From: Pelomyxa schiedti
Lineage: Eukaryota; Protista; Evosea
Reading direction: 5' to 3'
Assembly: GCA_020536535.1 (NCBI GenBank)
Contig: JAHLWZ010000053.1
Coordinates: 1-64,000 of the forward strand
Length of the DNA: 64,000 nt
Shown here: in pieces, positions 62,523 to 64,000 of the stretch
Position numbering within the stretch: position 1 is the first letter of the stretch
Layout: every line of letters begins with the position of its first letter
Program-made: the position numbers and the translations under genes
Notes under the pieces: generated by a model
Databases searched by the model: none
Seen by the model: the letters and a program-made list of their open reading frames with translations, nothing else
Told to the model about the DNA's origin: nothing

Positions 62523-63827
62523 ATGAATATGAACTACTATGGACCAGACGACTGGGTAACTTGGTTCCCTCGTGTTGCTTCCACTCGCTTGCAGGCCAGA
62601 GTACAACCACGCTGCCGGCACAGGCACTCTTCTACATCTGCTTCTGCTTCCGGGTCTTCTGGTAGCACTGCTACGGCTACGGCTACTGTCACTGCCGTTG
62701 CTACTGTAACAACCTCTAGTGGTGGAGGTGAACCTGCCAGCATACCTACAAATTCCTCATCCGTTTGCGTTAGCAACACTGCAACAACTTCCACAACAAC
62801 TTCCACACCTCCTCAGTCATGTACATCTGATCCACCAATCCCCACCTCCACCTCCACTTCCACCTCCCCTTCACGGAATGCATCATCACACTCCTCTCAC
62901 CACTCAACATCTTCGCACACTTCATCACACTCATCAAGACACCACTCACACCACCGGTCCACTCACGGCCCCTCGCATGGCCCATCACGGCCTGCAGATT
63001 TTGCTCGCCGTATGTTCGGGGATGATAAAGGCACCCCCAATGTATCAGTAGAATGGTACTTGGGCCGCATTGTACAATACAGCGGTTGTACCTTCGCATC
63101 CATGGTTGCATCTGTGGTGCTGATAGAGCGCGCATTAGAATCCAACCCAGATTTCCGGCTTACAAACGGAAATATACACCGCGTTGTCTTAGCGAGGTAA
63201 CTCCCCTCATTTTTGTTTTCCGGACTTACTTTTTCTAGTGTATTGATCAGCTCAAAGTTCTTTGAAGACCAATTCTTCCCCAATTCCTACTATGCACGAG
63301 TTGGTGGCGTAAGCGAAATCGAAATGAACGAACTCGAACTGGCCTTTTTAGCTCTAGTCCGGTTCGACCTGTACATCACTGAAGCCCAATACGGCCTCTA
63401 TGAGCGAGAGCTCAACAATCCCATCGACTTAAGTGGCTGCACCCCAGCCACAAACAGCAACACGAGCCCACCATCATCCCCCTCGACTCCCCCTGCATCA
63501 TCAACCAACAACACAAGCACAAGCACCAACACCAACACAAACAGCAACAACACAAACAACAGTAACAATAACAATAACAACACCAACAACACCACCAACA
63601 ACAGCAATGACAATGATCATCACCAATCATCACATTCCACCAGCACAGACACCAACATGAGCGTAAGTGCTGTTGGTGTTACCAGAAATGCGGCCACGTG
63701 TGGTGACACATGTGTTCGCCTTGTGCGGATGGAACGCATATTCTCACCAACTCAGTCACCCGAGTCATCACACTCATCATTGGCCGTGGTGGAAGGGTCA
63801 CAGCCTGTATTAACTTATCTGTGTTAA
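62523..63827 (+). CDS. PHO80-like (cyclin P/U) cyclin
   Basis: PNVSVEWYLGRIVQYSGC, NIHRVVLASVLISSKFFEDQFFPNSYYARVGGVS..EMNELELAFL. Confidence 0.92.
63500..63615 (+). repeat. AAC-rich coding microsatellite (Asn/Thr tract)
   Basis: aacaac/accaac iterations encoding NTNTNSNNTNNSNNNNNNTNN. Confidence 0.85.
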
Positions 63828-64000
63828 ATAAAACCTTTTTTTTCGAAATAGCTCCCTTTTCACTTTTTAAAAAAGGAAACCCTTAGTTTCGGCCGAGGTC
63901 AATAGCTCTTGTCCCTTCAGTGAATGTTCTCTGCAAGAGATTGTTCCAGAATAAAGAATTCTCGTTGAAAAGTGCTTCTGCTACAAATACATCAAATGCC

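Overview
Compact, intron-rich eukaryotic (protist-like) genomic scaffold with a 100-N gap at 747-846. I read about 25 protein-coding genes, most split by many short GT-AG introns of roughly 40-70 nt; exon boundaries were reconstructed by eye. Gene content and style suggest an amoebozoan, possibly an anaerobic archamoeba such as Pelomyxa (inference, not verified). Housekeeping genes: DIS3, RAD23, a PMCA-type Ca2+ ATPase, prenyltransferase alpha (FNTA), a PPP phosphatase, an LRR-dual-specificity phosphatase, a NOL11/Utp8-like protein, an RRM-RS protein, and cyclin T/K-like and PHO80-like cyclins. Four things stand out. (1) A spliced DMSO-reductase-family (bis-molybdopterin guanine dinucleotide) oxidoreductase of prokaryotic type at 43575-46266. 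(2) A signal-peptide, BPI/TULIP-like plus 2x PqiA-like membrane protein, and a spliced GyrI-like gene, in the same minus-strand run. (3) A four-domain RNA end-healing/tailing protein (2H, EEP, poly(A)-polymerase-like, MJ1316/DUF504). (4) A duplicated segment in which the 31-bp piece carrying the start codon is inverted between the two copies. I found no rRNA, tRNA, CRISPR array or recognisable transposase.
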